64,000 nt of DNA, taken from the NCBI GenBank assembly GCA_001004905.1, contig LCRY01000002.1, forward strand, positions 378,129-442,128, written 5' to 3'. Below, piece after piece: positions 8,905-17,264 of this stretch; the stretch's first letter is position 1; every line of letters begins with the position of its first letter. Position numbers and translations under genes: made by a program. The notes below the pieces were generated by a model, which searched no databases, had not been told where the DNA came from, and saw only the letters and a program-made list of their open reading frames with translations. The DNA is from Parcubacteria group bacterium GW2011_GWA1_56_13. Its GTDB lineage: Bacteria > Patescibacteriota > Minisyncoccia > Phycocordibacterales > Phycocordibacteraceae.

Positions 8905-9647
8905 TGCCCCTAGTATATACCTGTTACAATAAAGCCGTGGCTCCCATCACGCTCGGCTATGCGTTCATCGGCGGGCTCTTGCCGCCCCTCATTTGGCTCT
9001 ATTTTCTCCTCAAAGAAGACGCCAGTCACCCGGAGCCGCGTGTGCTCATCGCACTTACGTTCATCGGCGGGATGGCGGCCGTGCCGCTCGCACTGCCGCT
9101 TGAACAGTACGCAAAAGCCCATCTCCTCGGTGACGTTTCGATCTTCACCGCCTGGGCGCTCATCGAAGAGACGCTTAAATACGGCGCCGCGGCGACCCTT
9201 ATCCTCTGGCGGAGCGCCGTGGACGAAGCGCCCGATTACGTCATCTATATGATCACGGCCGCGCTCGGCTTCGCATCGGCTGAAAACATGCTTTTTCTTA
9301 TCAATCCTCTTTTAGATGGCGGCTTCGCCACCGGATTCTTGACCAATAATATACGGTTCCTCGGCTCGACGCTGCTCCACGTGGTCGCTTCTGCGGCGAT
9401 CGGCTTCGCGCTCGCGTTTTCGACCGCAGACCGTCCGGCTGGGCGCGCCTTTGCCGCGGCGTTGGGACTTATCCTCGCTATCGTATTGCATACCGCCTTT
9501 AACATGCTTATTATTAACGAAGGTGCCTCAACCGCACTCGCCGCGTTTTTCTTCGTTTGGATAGCCGCCGTCATTTTCTTTGCGGTGTTTGAAGTGCTAA
9601 AATATTTTCAGTATCGTAGCCCTAACAACAATCCTCCCTTACCATGA
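8904..9647 (+). CDS. PrsW-family intramembrane metalloprotease (true start possibly GTG ~8937)
   Basis: EETLK, GFASAEN, LLH and LHTAFN motifs; multiple TM segments. Confidence 0.88.
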   Translation: MPLVYTCYNKAVAPITLGYAFIGGLLPPLIWLYFLLKEDASHPEPRVLIALTFIGGMAAVPLALPLEQYAKAHLLGDVSIFTAWALIEETLKYGAAATLILWRSAVDEAPDYVIYMITAALGFASAENMLFLINPLLDGGFATGFLTNNIRFLGSTLLHVVASAAIGFALAFSTADRPAGRAFAAALGLILAIVLHTAFNMLIINEGASTALAAFFFVWIAAVIFFAVFEVLKYFQYRSPNNNPPLP

Positions 9648-10141
9648 GTAAAAAGCCCTCATTCTTTGAACGCCTTTCCGGCGGCTCCGGCGCCGAAGTG
9701 TTCGACGCTTTCGATGAGGAATTGTCGGCAACACCGCCTGCGCGCGAAAAGCCGCGCGTGCGGGCGAGCGATACGCGTCCGGCACCGCTTGAGGCCGATG
9801 CGCCGGGAAGCGAGGGCCAGCTTCCCGTTGACGTTCATCAGACCGCGAGCGATATCATCATCCGCGCCTTCGTTGCGGGAGTCCGCCCCGATGAGCTCAA
9901 CATTTCCATAAGCCGGGACATGGTGGAGATCGAAGGTTCCCGTATGGAACGCGAACAGGTCGCCGGTCCGGATTATTTCACCCGCGAACTCTTTTGGGGT
10001 TCGTTTTCACGTACGATCATGCTCCCCCAGGAAGTGGACGTCGAGGCCTCTTCCGCGAGCGCTAAGGACGGACTGTTGACCATCATCCTTCCCCGTCTTG
10101 ATAAGACAAAACAAACGAAATTGCGCGTAAAAGCGGGATAA
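9644..10141 (+). CDS. Hsp20/alpha-crystallin small heat shock protein
   Basis: PVDV...GSFSRTIMLP...KDGLLTIILP. Confidence 0.9.
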   Translation: MSKKPSFFERLSGGSGAEVFDAFDEELSATPPAREKPRVRASDTRPAPLEADAPGSEGQLPVDVHQTASDIIIRAFVAGVRPDELNISISRDMVEIEGSRMEREQVAGPDYFTRELFWGSFSRTIMLPQEVDVEASSASAKDGLLTIILPRLDKTKQTKLRVKAG

Positions 10142-10155
10142 GCGGGCACGTGCGA

Positions 10156-11241
10156 TTATTTGAGGACTGTCGTTTCCAGAGAAGGAGGAGATATCGCCGG
10201 AGCGACGACGAAAGGGATGCGTGCGATGAGGCGGCCGTCTGCCGTCTCCACGTTGACGCGCCACTTCCCCACACTTCCTACCGGCACCGCCGAGTAACCA
10301 CGATATCCGCTTTCGCGACCGCCGACGATGGAATACTGTATCACTGATCTTGTTATCCACACTTTCCGCGCCGGGTCATACCACTGCCAGCGGTGCAAGA
10401 CATCCGTCGTGAGCGCGGTCGGCGCGAATACGGAGCTGTAGGCGAAGAGTGATTCTCCGGGAGCCGCGTGCAAGGTCGGCGGAAGGCCGAGGTACCGCAC
10501 CTGCCACGGCTCCGCCTCACGCTGTGCGAGATACGCGCCGGGAACGCGCCACACGCTGTGGTAGATGCCGGCTGCCGTCGCCGAAAGCGGCAGGGGCGGC
10601 AGGATATTGGTGAAATAGAATGCATTCATCAGTGCGAATACCGCGAACGCGCCGACCCGGATGCGCCAAACGTCGGAGAGGAAGCGTTCGCGTGCAAGCA
10701 TGCGCAGAAAGACCGTGAAAACCGCAAATACCACGGCCGCCAGTACGCCGCTTGCGAGAAATGTCTGCGTTCCGATGCTGCCGGTGTAGATGGGGACCGC
10801 GAGGATCGCGTAGGAATAGAGCGCAAAAAAGAATAGTATGCTCGTGAAGACCAATCGGGCGTGGTAGCGATGGAAGTACTCACTACCGAGAAAAATGAGG
10901 ACAAGAAAGAGAAGGAACGGCCAGGACGCGCCGACAACTGCCGAACGCCCGTAAAAGATGACGAATCCGCTCCAGAACCCGCCGAGCGCGAACTGCGTCG
11001 CAAGGGGAAGGATGAGGCGCCAGCGCGGGCGATGTTCCTGGCCGCCTAAACGCATCTCTATCCAATGGTGAAGCGGGATCGCGACGAAGCAGACGGCCGC
11101 ATAGAAAGCGAATACGATCTGCGTTTGCCAGAGATCGATGCGCTCAAAGTACAGGCTGTCAAAAATGAAGCCGACGGCCATCGCGACAGCCGAAAGATGC
11201 CGTTCACGTTTCTGCATCCAGAGAAAGACCTTCTGCAACAT
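10156..11241 (-). CDS. DUF2914-like membrane protein
   Basis: Multi-TM N-terminus; C-terminal VLHRW...GGRESGYRGYS...GKWRVNVET; start moved to ATG 11241 because the longer ORF overlaps a tRNA. Confidence 0.7.
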   Translation of the reverse strand: MLQKVFLWMQKRERHLSAVAMAVGFIFDSLYFERIDLWQTQIVFAFYAAVCFVAIPLHHWIEMRLGGQEHRPRWRLILPLATQFALGGFWSGFVIFYGRSAVVGASWPFLLFLVLIFLGSEYFHRYHARLVFTSILFFFALYSYAILAVPIYTGSIGTQTFLASGVLAAVVFAVFTVFLRMLARERFLSDVWRIRVGAFAVFALMNAFYFTNILPPLPLSATAAGIYHSVWRVPGAYLAQREAEPWQVRYLGLPPTLHAAPGESLFAYSSVFAPTALTTDVLHRWQWYDPARKVWITRSVIQYSIVGGRESGYRGYSAVPVGSVGKWRVNVETADGRLIARIPFVVAPAISPPSLETTVLK

Positions 11242-11243
11242 AC

Positions 11244-11319
11244 TGGTGCTTGGAGTCGGGCTCGAACCGACGACCCCTTCCTCTTCAGGGAAGTGCTCTA
11301 CCAACTGAGCTATCCAAGC
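11244..11319 (-). tRNA. tRNA-Phe(GAA), CCA encoded
   Basis: GCTTGGA/TCCAAGC-ACCA; CTTCC-CTGAAGA-GGAAG. Confidence 0.95.
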
Positions 11320-11328
11320 GTTACCGGG

Positions 11329-11616
11329 CTATCTCTGCCCCGCTTTGAAGGAGTTTATCAGCTTTTGAATGTCAGCGGAAGTCGGCAGACCGAAAAGCCC
11401 GGAAGGGGTCGTCTGGGTCGCGGACGAGAAGGTCTCGGCGAGCGGCCGCAGATATTGCTGGTATCCGAAGAACGCAAGCGCGAGCAGAATGAACCAGACG
11501 GCGAATTTCCAGAAGGCCCCGATGAGCTGATGCCGGCGGATGGCGCGCAAGAGATGATGATTGTCTTTCGCGAGTGCACGCACTTCGTCAAGCAGGTGTT
11601 TGGATTCCGGGTCCAT
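11329..11616 (-). CDS. Small single-TM hypothetical protein
   Basis: 95-aa ORF with one TM segment, fills the gap between genes. Confidence 0.65.
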   Translation of the reverse strand: MDPESKHLLDEVRALAKDNHHLLRAIRRHQLIGAFWKFAVWFILLALAFFGYQQYLRPLAETFSSATQTTPSGLFGLPTSADIQKLINSFKAGQR

Positions 11617-11676
11617 ATGCCATACATTCTAGCATCAAAAACAAGGCGACCCATTCGGGCCGCCAGTGCAGCGTTG

Positions 11677-12366
11677 CTATTGCTGAAGGAGCTTCTTGGC
11701 GCACTGCCGTACTTTCCTCTTCCACGAGATAGGGTCTGTGGTATCAATGTCGGCGAAGACGGCGCAGGGAGGATTCTTGATTACCCACCGGCCGCCACCC
11801 GTGTTAACCCAGCGATAGTGGTGGGGCGTGCGGCGCCACATCTCGCGCAATTTCACCACCGCTCCCTTGGATTGTGCATTCCCTTTCCATCTTGAGGAAG
11901 CGCCGCCGAAAAATCCGCCTGCATGATACGCCGCAGAGATGACGCGGCCCGCCATGACATCGTGATCGCAATAGGTGCAGACGAAGATAGTGCGAACTCC
12001 TGCTCTTCGGGCTTTTTGGCGGACAGTTGCCCGTTTCTTTGCGTCAATGAAGTCGAAATCGAGGATTGCGTTCCCGCCCCGCTGTATGACTTCGAGCGCC
12101 ACGCTTTCGGCAATACCGCGAGTTCCTTCATAGCGCGCTTTCTGCTTGCGAAGTTCGATGCGAATAGCATCCCCCTCGATGACCGTCGCGCCAATATGTT
12201 TGGCGAGTTCTTGCGCCACCGAACTCTTACCAGAACCAACAAGACCGATGAGGGCGACGATAATCGGTTGCTTGGTTCTGCGTTTCTTGATGCGAAGCGC
12301 CGCCATGAATGTATCTTGGGCGGCACGTTCTTTTTTGGTCAGCACTTCCCGTTTGCGCATAGCCAT
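11677..12366 (-). CDS. P-loop kinase (AAA_33-like)
   Basis: Walker A GLVGSGKS; GGAGG RBS before ATG 12366. Confidence 0.75.
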   Translation of the reverse strand: MAMRKREVLTKKERAAQDTFMAALRIKKRRTKQPIIVALIGLVGSGKSSVAQELAKHIGATVIEGDAIRIELRKQKARYEGTRGIAESVALEVIQRGGNAILDFDFIDAKKRATVRQKARRAGVRTIFVCTYCDHDVMAGRVISAAYHAGGFFGGASSRWKGNAQSKGAVVKLREMWRRTPHHYRWVNTGGGRWVIKNPPCAVFADIDTTDPISWKRKVRQCAKKLLQQ

Positions 12367-12458
12367 AAGTATACCTCCGCGTTCTGCCACGGCGAAATGT
12401 TCTCTGCTTTCTCCGCGAGAGATGCTAGTACGAAATACCTACCCGGTCAATGAAGCAG

Positions 12459-12530
12459 TGCCCTCGCTAGGAATTGAACCTAAATCGCCGCGTTAGGAGT
12501 GCGGTGCTCTATCCGTTGAGCTACGAGGGC
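12459..12530 (-). tRNA. tRNA-Arg(CCT)
   Basis: GCCCTCG/CGAGGGC acceptor stem; anticodon loop CTCCTAA. Confidence 0.92.
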
Positions 12531-12535
12531 TAGGG

Positions 12536-12784
12536 TTATGCGGTAACGCCGAGTGAGGTCGTGAGCCTTTCCTTGTCGAAACCGATGATCATTTCATTGC
12601 CGACGAAGATGACCGGTACGCCCATCTGGCCGGATTTTTGTATCATTTCCTGGCGCTTCTCGAGATCCTGCGCGACATTGTGCTCGGTGTAGGCGATGCC
12701 CTTTTCCTTCAGGAAATCCTTGGTCATCTGGCAGAAATGGCAGGTCGGGGTACTGTAAATAGTGACGGTTTTATCCATGTTCAT
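12536..12784 (-). CDS. Glutaredoxin/NrdH-like protein
   Basis: YSTPTCHFC, GVPV, IIGFD. Confidence 0.9.
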   Translation of the reverse strand: MNMDKTVTIYSTPTCHFCQMTKDFLKEKGIAYTEHNVAQDLEKRQEMIQKSGQMGVPVIFVGNEMIIGFDKERLTTSLGVTA

Positions 12785-12870
12785 TGTGTTATGCGGGAAA
12801 GTATAGCATCCCGGATTATCCCCACCAAGAGCGGCCCACACAAACGAAGGCCCGAGGTACTGTTTCGGGC

Positions 12871-13125
12871 CTAGGGAGTCGGTTTTCCGCGCCGGAGATC
12901 AGGCAATAATGTGTCTGTCATTTTTTTAATGCGCACTGCTATTCCGGGACGCTTCCTCGACAGCCACGTCTGTGACGCAGGCGGTTCTTGCGCAGGGTAT
13001 GCTTCATAATACGCTCCCGCGGCCTCCCGCAGACACTGTTCGATCTTACTAACGTCGGCATCCGACGGCAACGGCCCCGGTTCTTTCGGTGGTGGAGCTT
13101 TGTAGGCCTTGTGATAGGTCATCAT
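12871..13125 (-). CDS. Hypothetical protein
   Basis: 84-aa ORF with AGGAGG RBS. Confidence 0.45.
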   Translation of the reverse strand: MMTYHKAYKAPPPKEPGPLPSDADVSKIEQCLREAAGAYYEAYPAQEPPASQTWLSRKRPGIAVRIKKMTDTLLPDLRRGKPTP

Positions 13126-13216
13126 TCACCTCCTGAAGTTACCTGCCGATATTAAGGGTATCACGCTCAACGCAAGGCGTCTTCGGCTTTCAGTTTCTAA
13201 CGGGATTCGCACTTTG

Positions 13217-13287
13217 TGCAGGATGCGGGAATCGAACCCGCGTCCAGTGCTTGGGAAGCACTTATTCTGCCACTAAACTAATCCTGC
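13217..13287 (-). tRNA. tRNA-Gly(CCC)
   Basis: GCAGGAT/ATCCTGC acceptor stem; AGTGC-TTCCCAA-GCACT. Confidence 0.94.
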
Positions 13288-13305
13288 ACAAAAGGCGAAT
13301 CCCGG

Positions 13306-13328
13306 TTCTGCCACTGAACTAATCCCGC
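13306..13328 (-). pseudogene. Orphan tRNA-Gly 5' fragment
   Basis: GCGGGATTAGTTCAGTGGCAGAA vs tRNA start GCAGGATTAGTTTAGTGGCAGAA (2 differences). Confidence 0.7.
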
Positions 13329-13669
13329 TATTCAAACCAACTCGTTATCCACTCCCACCATGAAGGCGTCGTCGTCGGATTCTTCGCTTCAGGTGGCACC
13401 ACCACGATAACCTCTTCGCCTGGACGCGCAACCCCGAAAGCCGTGCGGATGGCCGCATCCTGGCCCCGCTTCGTGCCAAGCGCGGCGAGATTCGCTTCGA
13501 GCGTCTCCTTTCTCGTCTCAAGCGCGCGGTATTGCCGCTCGGCATTATGCGCTTCCGTGATCGCCACTCTTGCCTTCCCCATTAACCCCCAAATGAGCGA
13601 CAGGAGCCCGAAAGCGACGAGCAGCAGAACGCCGATGACGACCCCTTGCCGCATTTGTCTCGTGCGCAT
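13328..13669 (-). CDS. Septum formation initiator (FtsB/DivIC-like)
   Basis: TM + coiled coil + IRTAFGVARPGEEVI. Confidence 0.8.
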   Translation of the reverse strand: MRTRQMRQGVVIGVLLLVAFGLLSLIWGLMGKARVAITEAHNAERQYRALETRKETLEANLAALGTKRGQDAAIRTAFGVARPGEEVIVVVPPEAKNPTTTPSWWEWITSWFE

Positions 13670-13699
13670 GTGTCTAGTATAACGCGGGGCCGAACCCGC

Positions 13700-15535
13700 C
13701 TATTCGGCCGAGGACTGCACCATTTTCATGAATACCTCTTCCGGAATATTCACCTTGCCCGTGCCGCGCTCGAGGAGTTTCTTTTTGCCGCGCTTTTGCT
13801 TCTGGAGCAGTTTCATCTTGCGCGAGACGTCGCCGCCGTACAGATATCCCGTCACATCCTTGCGCATTGCCGAGAGCGTCCGTGATGCGATAATGCGCCC
13901 GCGCGCCCGCGCCTGGATCTTGGTGTTGAAGAGCTGTTTCGGCAGTATCGAATGCAGTTTCTCCACCATTTTTTCCGCTTCCTCCTGCACCCGCCTTGCC
14001 GCGACAACGCGCGCGAAGGCCGGTATCGGTTCTTCGGCCACCAGCACGTCGAGCCGCACAACGTCCGCCGAGCGTTCGGGAAGGATCTCATAGGAGAGAG
14101 ATGCGTAGCCGGAGGAGATATTCTTCAGGGTATCGAAGAACCCGCGCATAAGCTCTCGAAGCGGCATCTCAACGACCATTTCTATACGCCCATCCGCGTG
14201 CGTTTCCGTGCCGAGCGTATTCGCCTCGTGCTCGTACAAGAGCTGCACGAGTGCGCTCAAGGAATCCGGCGGTGTAATGATGATGACTTTGGCCCACGGT
14301 TCTTCGACGACCGCGATGTCGCCATGTTCGGGAAATTTCGCCGGTGTGTAGACGGTCTCGCGGGCGCCGTTGGTCTTCGTAACGATGTAGGAGATCGTCG
14401 GGATGGTGACTATGAGCGAGAGATCGAATTCCCGCTTTAAACGCTCCGTGACTATTTCGAGATGGAGGAGTCCGAGAAAGCCGCACCGGAACCCTCTTCC
14501 GAGCACGCCCAAGGACTCTTCCTCGAACGACAGCGAGGAATCGGAAAGGCGCAGCCGCTCCAGTGATTTGCGCAGGACCGGGAGATCATTCTGGTCTTCC
14601 GGATACACCGAGGCCCAGACCACTGGCCGCGGTTTTTCGTAGCCCGGGAGCGCTCCGAGCGAGCCCCGTACTGCCCCAATGGTGTCGCCCACCGCGACGA
14701 TGCCCGGTTCCTTGATGCCCGTCACGATGTACCCAATCTCGCCGGCGGAGAGCGAGTCGGAGGGCGTTTCTTCCGGCGTGAAAATACCCGTCTCCAGCGC
14801 GATGAACTCCTTTCCCGCGGCGTGGAAGAAAAGCGGTTGGCCTTTGCGGAATACGCCGTCGAAAACGCGCAGGTACACGGCGACGCCGCGATGTGTCGAG
14901 TAGGAAAAATCGAAGATGAGCCCGCGGGGCTCCGCACCCGCGGACGGTTCGCCGTTCCCGGGCGGAGGGATGAGTCGCACGATCGCCTCGAGGAGCTCGT
15001 CAACGCCTTCGCCGGTTTTTCCCGATACCGCAAGCACGCCCTCTTTCGGCACGCCTACGAGCTGCGAAAGCTCCGCCCTTACTTCTTCCACGCGCGCAGC
15101 CGGAGAATCTATTTTTGAAACGATGGGAATGACGACGCATCCCTGTGCCTCGGCCGCCGCGAGCGTCGTGAGGGTCTGTGCCTGCACGCCTTGCGTGGAA
15201 TCAACGAGTAGGAGAACGCCCTCGACCGCGTGGAGCGCCCGCGAAACTTCGTATGAAAAATCAATGTGTCCGGGCGTATCAATAAGGTTCAAGATGTACT
15301 GCTGTTCCTCGCTTCGCTCGGAACCTCCAGAATGATACATCATTCTTACGGGTTGCATCTTGATGGTGATGCCGCGCTCGCGCTCCAAGTCCATGCGATC
15401 AAGCACCTGGTCGCGCATAAGACGGTCCGGGATGGTCCCGGTGCGCTCAAGCAGACGGTCGGCCAGCGTGCTCTTTCCGTGATCCACGTGCGCAATGATG
15501 GAGAAATTGCGGATGCGCGACGGACTCATGCTCAT
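13700..15535 (-). CDS. lepA: Elongation factor 4 (LepA)
   Basis: [32 protein letters not shown]. Confidence 0.97.
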   Translation of the reverse strand: MSMSPSRIRNFSIIAHVDHGKSTLADRLLERTGTIPDRLMRDQVLDRMDLERERGITIKMQPVRMMYHSGGSERSEEQQYILNLIDTPGHIDFSYEVSRALHAVEGVLLLVDSTQGVQAQTLTTLAAAEAQGCVVIPIVSKIDSPAARVEEVRAELSQLVGVPKEGVLAVSGKTGEGVDELLEAIVRLIPPPGNGEPSAGAEPRGLIFDFSYSTHRGVAVYLRVFDGVFRKGQPLFFHAAGKEFIALETGIFTPEETPSDSLSAGEIGYIVTGIKEPGIVAVGDTIGAVRGSLGALPGYEKPRPVVWASVYPEDQNDLPVLRKSLERLRLSDSSLSFEEESLGVLGRGFRCGFLGLLHLEIVTERLKREFDLSLIVTIPTISYIVTKTNGARETVYTPAKFPEHGDIAVVEEPWAKVIIITPPDSLSALVQLLYEHEANTLGTETHADGRIEMVVEMPLRELMRGFFDTLKNISSGYASLSYEILPERSADVVRLDVLVAEEPIPAFARVVAARRVQEEAEKMVEKLHSILPKQLFNTKIQARARGRIIASRTLSAMRKDVTGYLYGGDVSRKMKLLQKQKRGKKKLLERGTGKVNIPEEVFMKMVQSSAE

Positions 15536-17226
15536 GGCTGTACGGGTTCTTCGGCGGAAGGTTCGAGTACCGCAGAGGGAGCTTCCGGCGCGCGCACGAG
15601 TTTGGCAAGCGCATTTGTGACGATGAGAAATTCCTCGTTCTCGACGAGGAACAACGCGACTCCCGCGGCGACAAGGCCGACGACGCCTGCGATAAATCCT
15701 TGGGTGAAAACGGATATGAGCGTGGTCAAAGGGGCGATGCCGCCCTCAAGGAGCAGTGTGCCGTACGCGGCCGCGCCGCCGGCGAGCGCAGCAATGCCGC
15801 CATCCACACAAGGACGCACGAGAGCACGTGCAAGACCAGGAGCGATGTCACGGAGCGCGGCCAGGGAGAGAACGGCGAGGAATATCTGACCACAGGTAGC
15901 CGAGAGCGCGATAAGTAAAACTCCCGTCCCATGAACATCGCCCACGCGCAAGAATTCGGCGAGCGAGGAAGGAAGCCCGTTACGCTCCACCGTGAGGAAC
16001 GCGAGAGCGAGAAACACGGTGAGGATGCCGCCGGCGAGCTGATAGAAGAACGGCTGCCACGATCGCCGCGCCGCGTAGAGCGCGCGCGAAAAGAGGAGTA
16101 TGAGCCCCTGCGCCACGAGCCCGACAGCAAGGACGGCGAGAAGAGCCGCGGTAAGGCGCGTCGCATTCCAATCGAACGCCCCGGTGCCGAGGATGACCCG
16201 CACGACATGCGCGCGCAGGACGATAATGAGCCCAAGAGCGACGAACGACCAGAGGATGATGTGCCGCGCGCTTGAAGAAAGGATCCGGCTGAATTCATTC
16301 TGTTTCTGCAGCGCCGATGCCTCGGAAAGTGCGGGGAACGCCGCTACCGCGTAGGAGGAACCGATGAGTGCAAGCGGCACCGCTTCCAAATTGCTGGCGA
16401 AAGTGAAGACCGACACCGCTCCGGTGCCGATCCGGGACGCAAGCGCCGTAAGAACGAGCGCCGTGATCGAGCCCATGCCAAGCGCGAGCGAGCGCGGGAT
16501 GGAATCCCGCACGATGGGTGACATGAACGAAAATGACGGGAACCGCAGGCGTGGCATGACGCCCGTTTCGAGTATTACCGGGATATTCACCGCAAGATAC
16601 GCGACCGCGCCGATGATGACGCCGTAGCCGATGCCGAGCAGGCCGAGGCGCGGGTAAAAGAAAACGGCGCCGAAAATGATGCCAAGATTGTAGAGCACCG
16701 GCGAGAGCGCGAAGAGGGCGAAACGGCGATGCACCTGCGTAACGCTCGCGAGTATGCCGGAGAGCCCGAGCAGTATCGGCTGAAGGAGCAGAATGCGGGC
16801 GAGCAGAATGAATTCCGCCTGATGCGCGGAAGCGATGAGATTCGGGTAGAGGAATGCGAGGAACTGCGGCATGAAGACGGCAAGTATGGCGCAGATGAGC
16901 CCGCCGAAACCGAAAAGAAATGAGGCCGATTCGGACAAAATCCGGCGCGTGGCCTCCCTGTCCATTCCCGTGATGCGGGGAATGAGGACGTACGCGCTCA
17001 CGAGCGAGGCAACGAGCGCGAAAACGAGGTCGGGCACGCGAAATGCGGCATAGTACAGGTCGAGTACGGGGCCGGCGCCGAATGCGTGCGCGAACGTGCG
17101 GTCCCGCAGAAGCGCAAGCATCTGCGAAGCGAGGGTCAGTCCCGCGAGCAAGTACGCGGCCTGATGCAGGCCGCGTATGGGGCGGACCAACTGTCCGCCG
17201 ATGCGCTCGAAAATACGCCGAACCAT
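15532..17226 (-). CDS. murJ: Lipid II flippase MurJ (MviN)
   Basis: LALLRDR...FGAG...YYAAFRVPD; many TM segments. Confidence 0.88.
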   Translation of the reverse strand: MVRRIFERIGGQLVRPIRGLHQAAYLLAGLTLASQMLALLRDRTFAHAFGAGPVLDLYYAAFRVPDLVFALVASLVSAYVLIPRITGMDREATRRILSESASFLFGFGGLICAILAVFMPQFLAFLYPNLIASAHQAEFILLARILLLQPILLGLSGILASVTQVHRRFALFALSPVLYNLGIIFGAVFFYPRLGLLGIGYGVIIGAVAYLAVNIPVILETGVMPRLRFPSFSFMSPIVRDSIPRSLALGMGSITALVLTALASRIGTGAVSVFTFASNLEAVPLALIGSSYAVAAFPALSEASALQKQNEFSRILSSSARHIILWSFVALGLIIVLRAHVVRVILGTGAFDWNATRLTAALLAVLAVGLVAQGLILLFSRALYAARRSWQPFFYQLAGGILTVFLALAFLTVERNGLPSSLAEFLRVGDVHGTGVLLIALSATCGQIFLAVLSLAALRDIAPGLARALVRPCVDGGIAALAGGAAAYGTLLLEGGIAPLTTLISVFTQGFIAGVVGLVAAGVALFLVENEEFLIVTNALAKLVRAPEAPSAVLEPSAEEPVQP

Positions 17227-17264
17227 CGCCCTATATTACTCTATCTACTCTGTTCCTTCTATAT

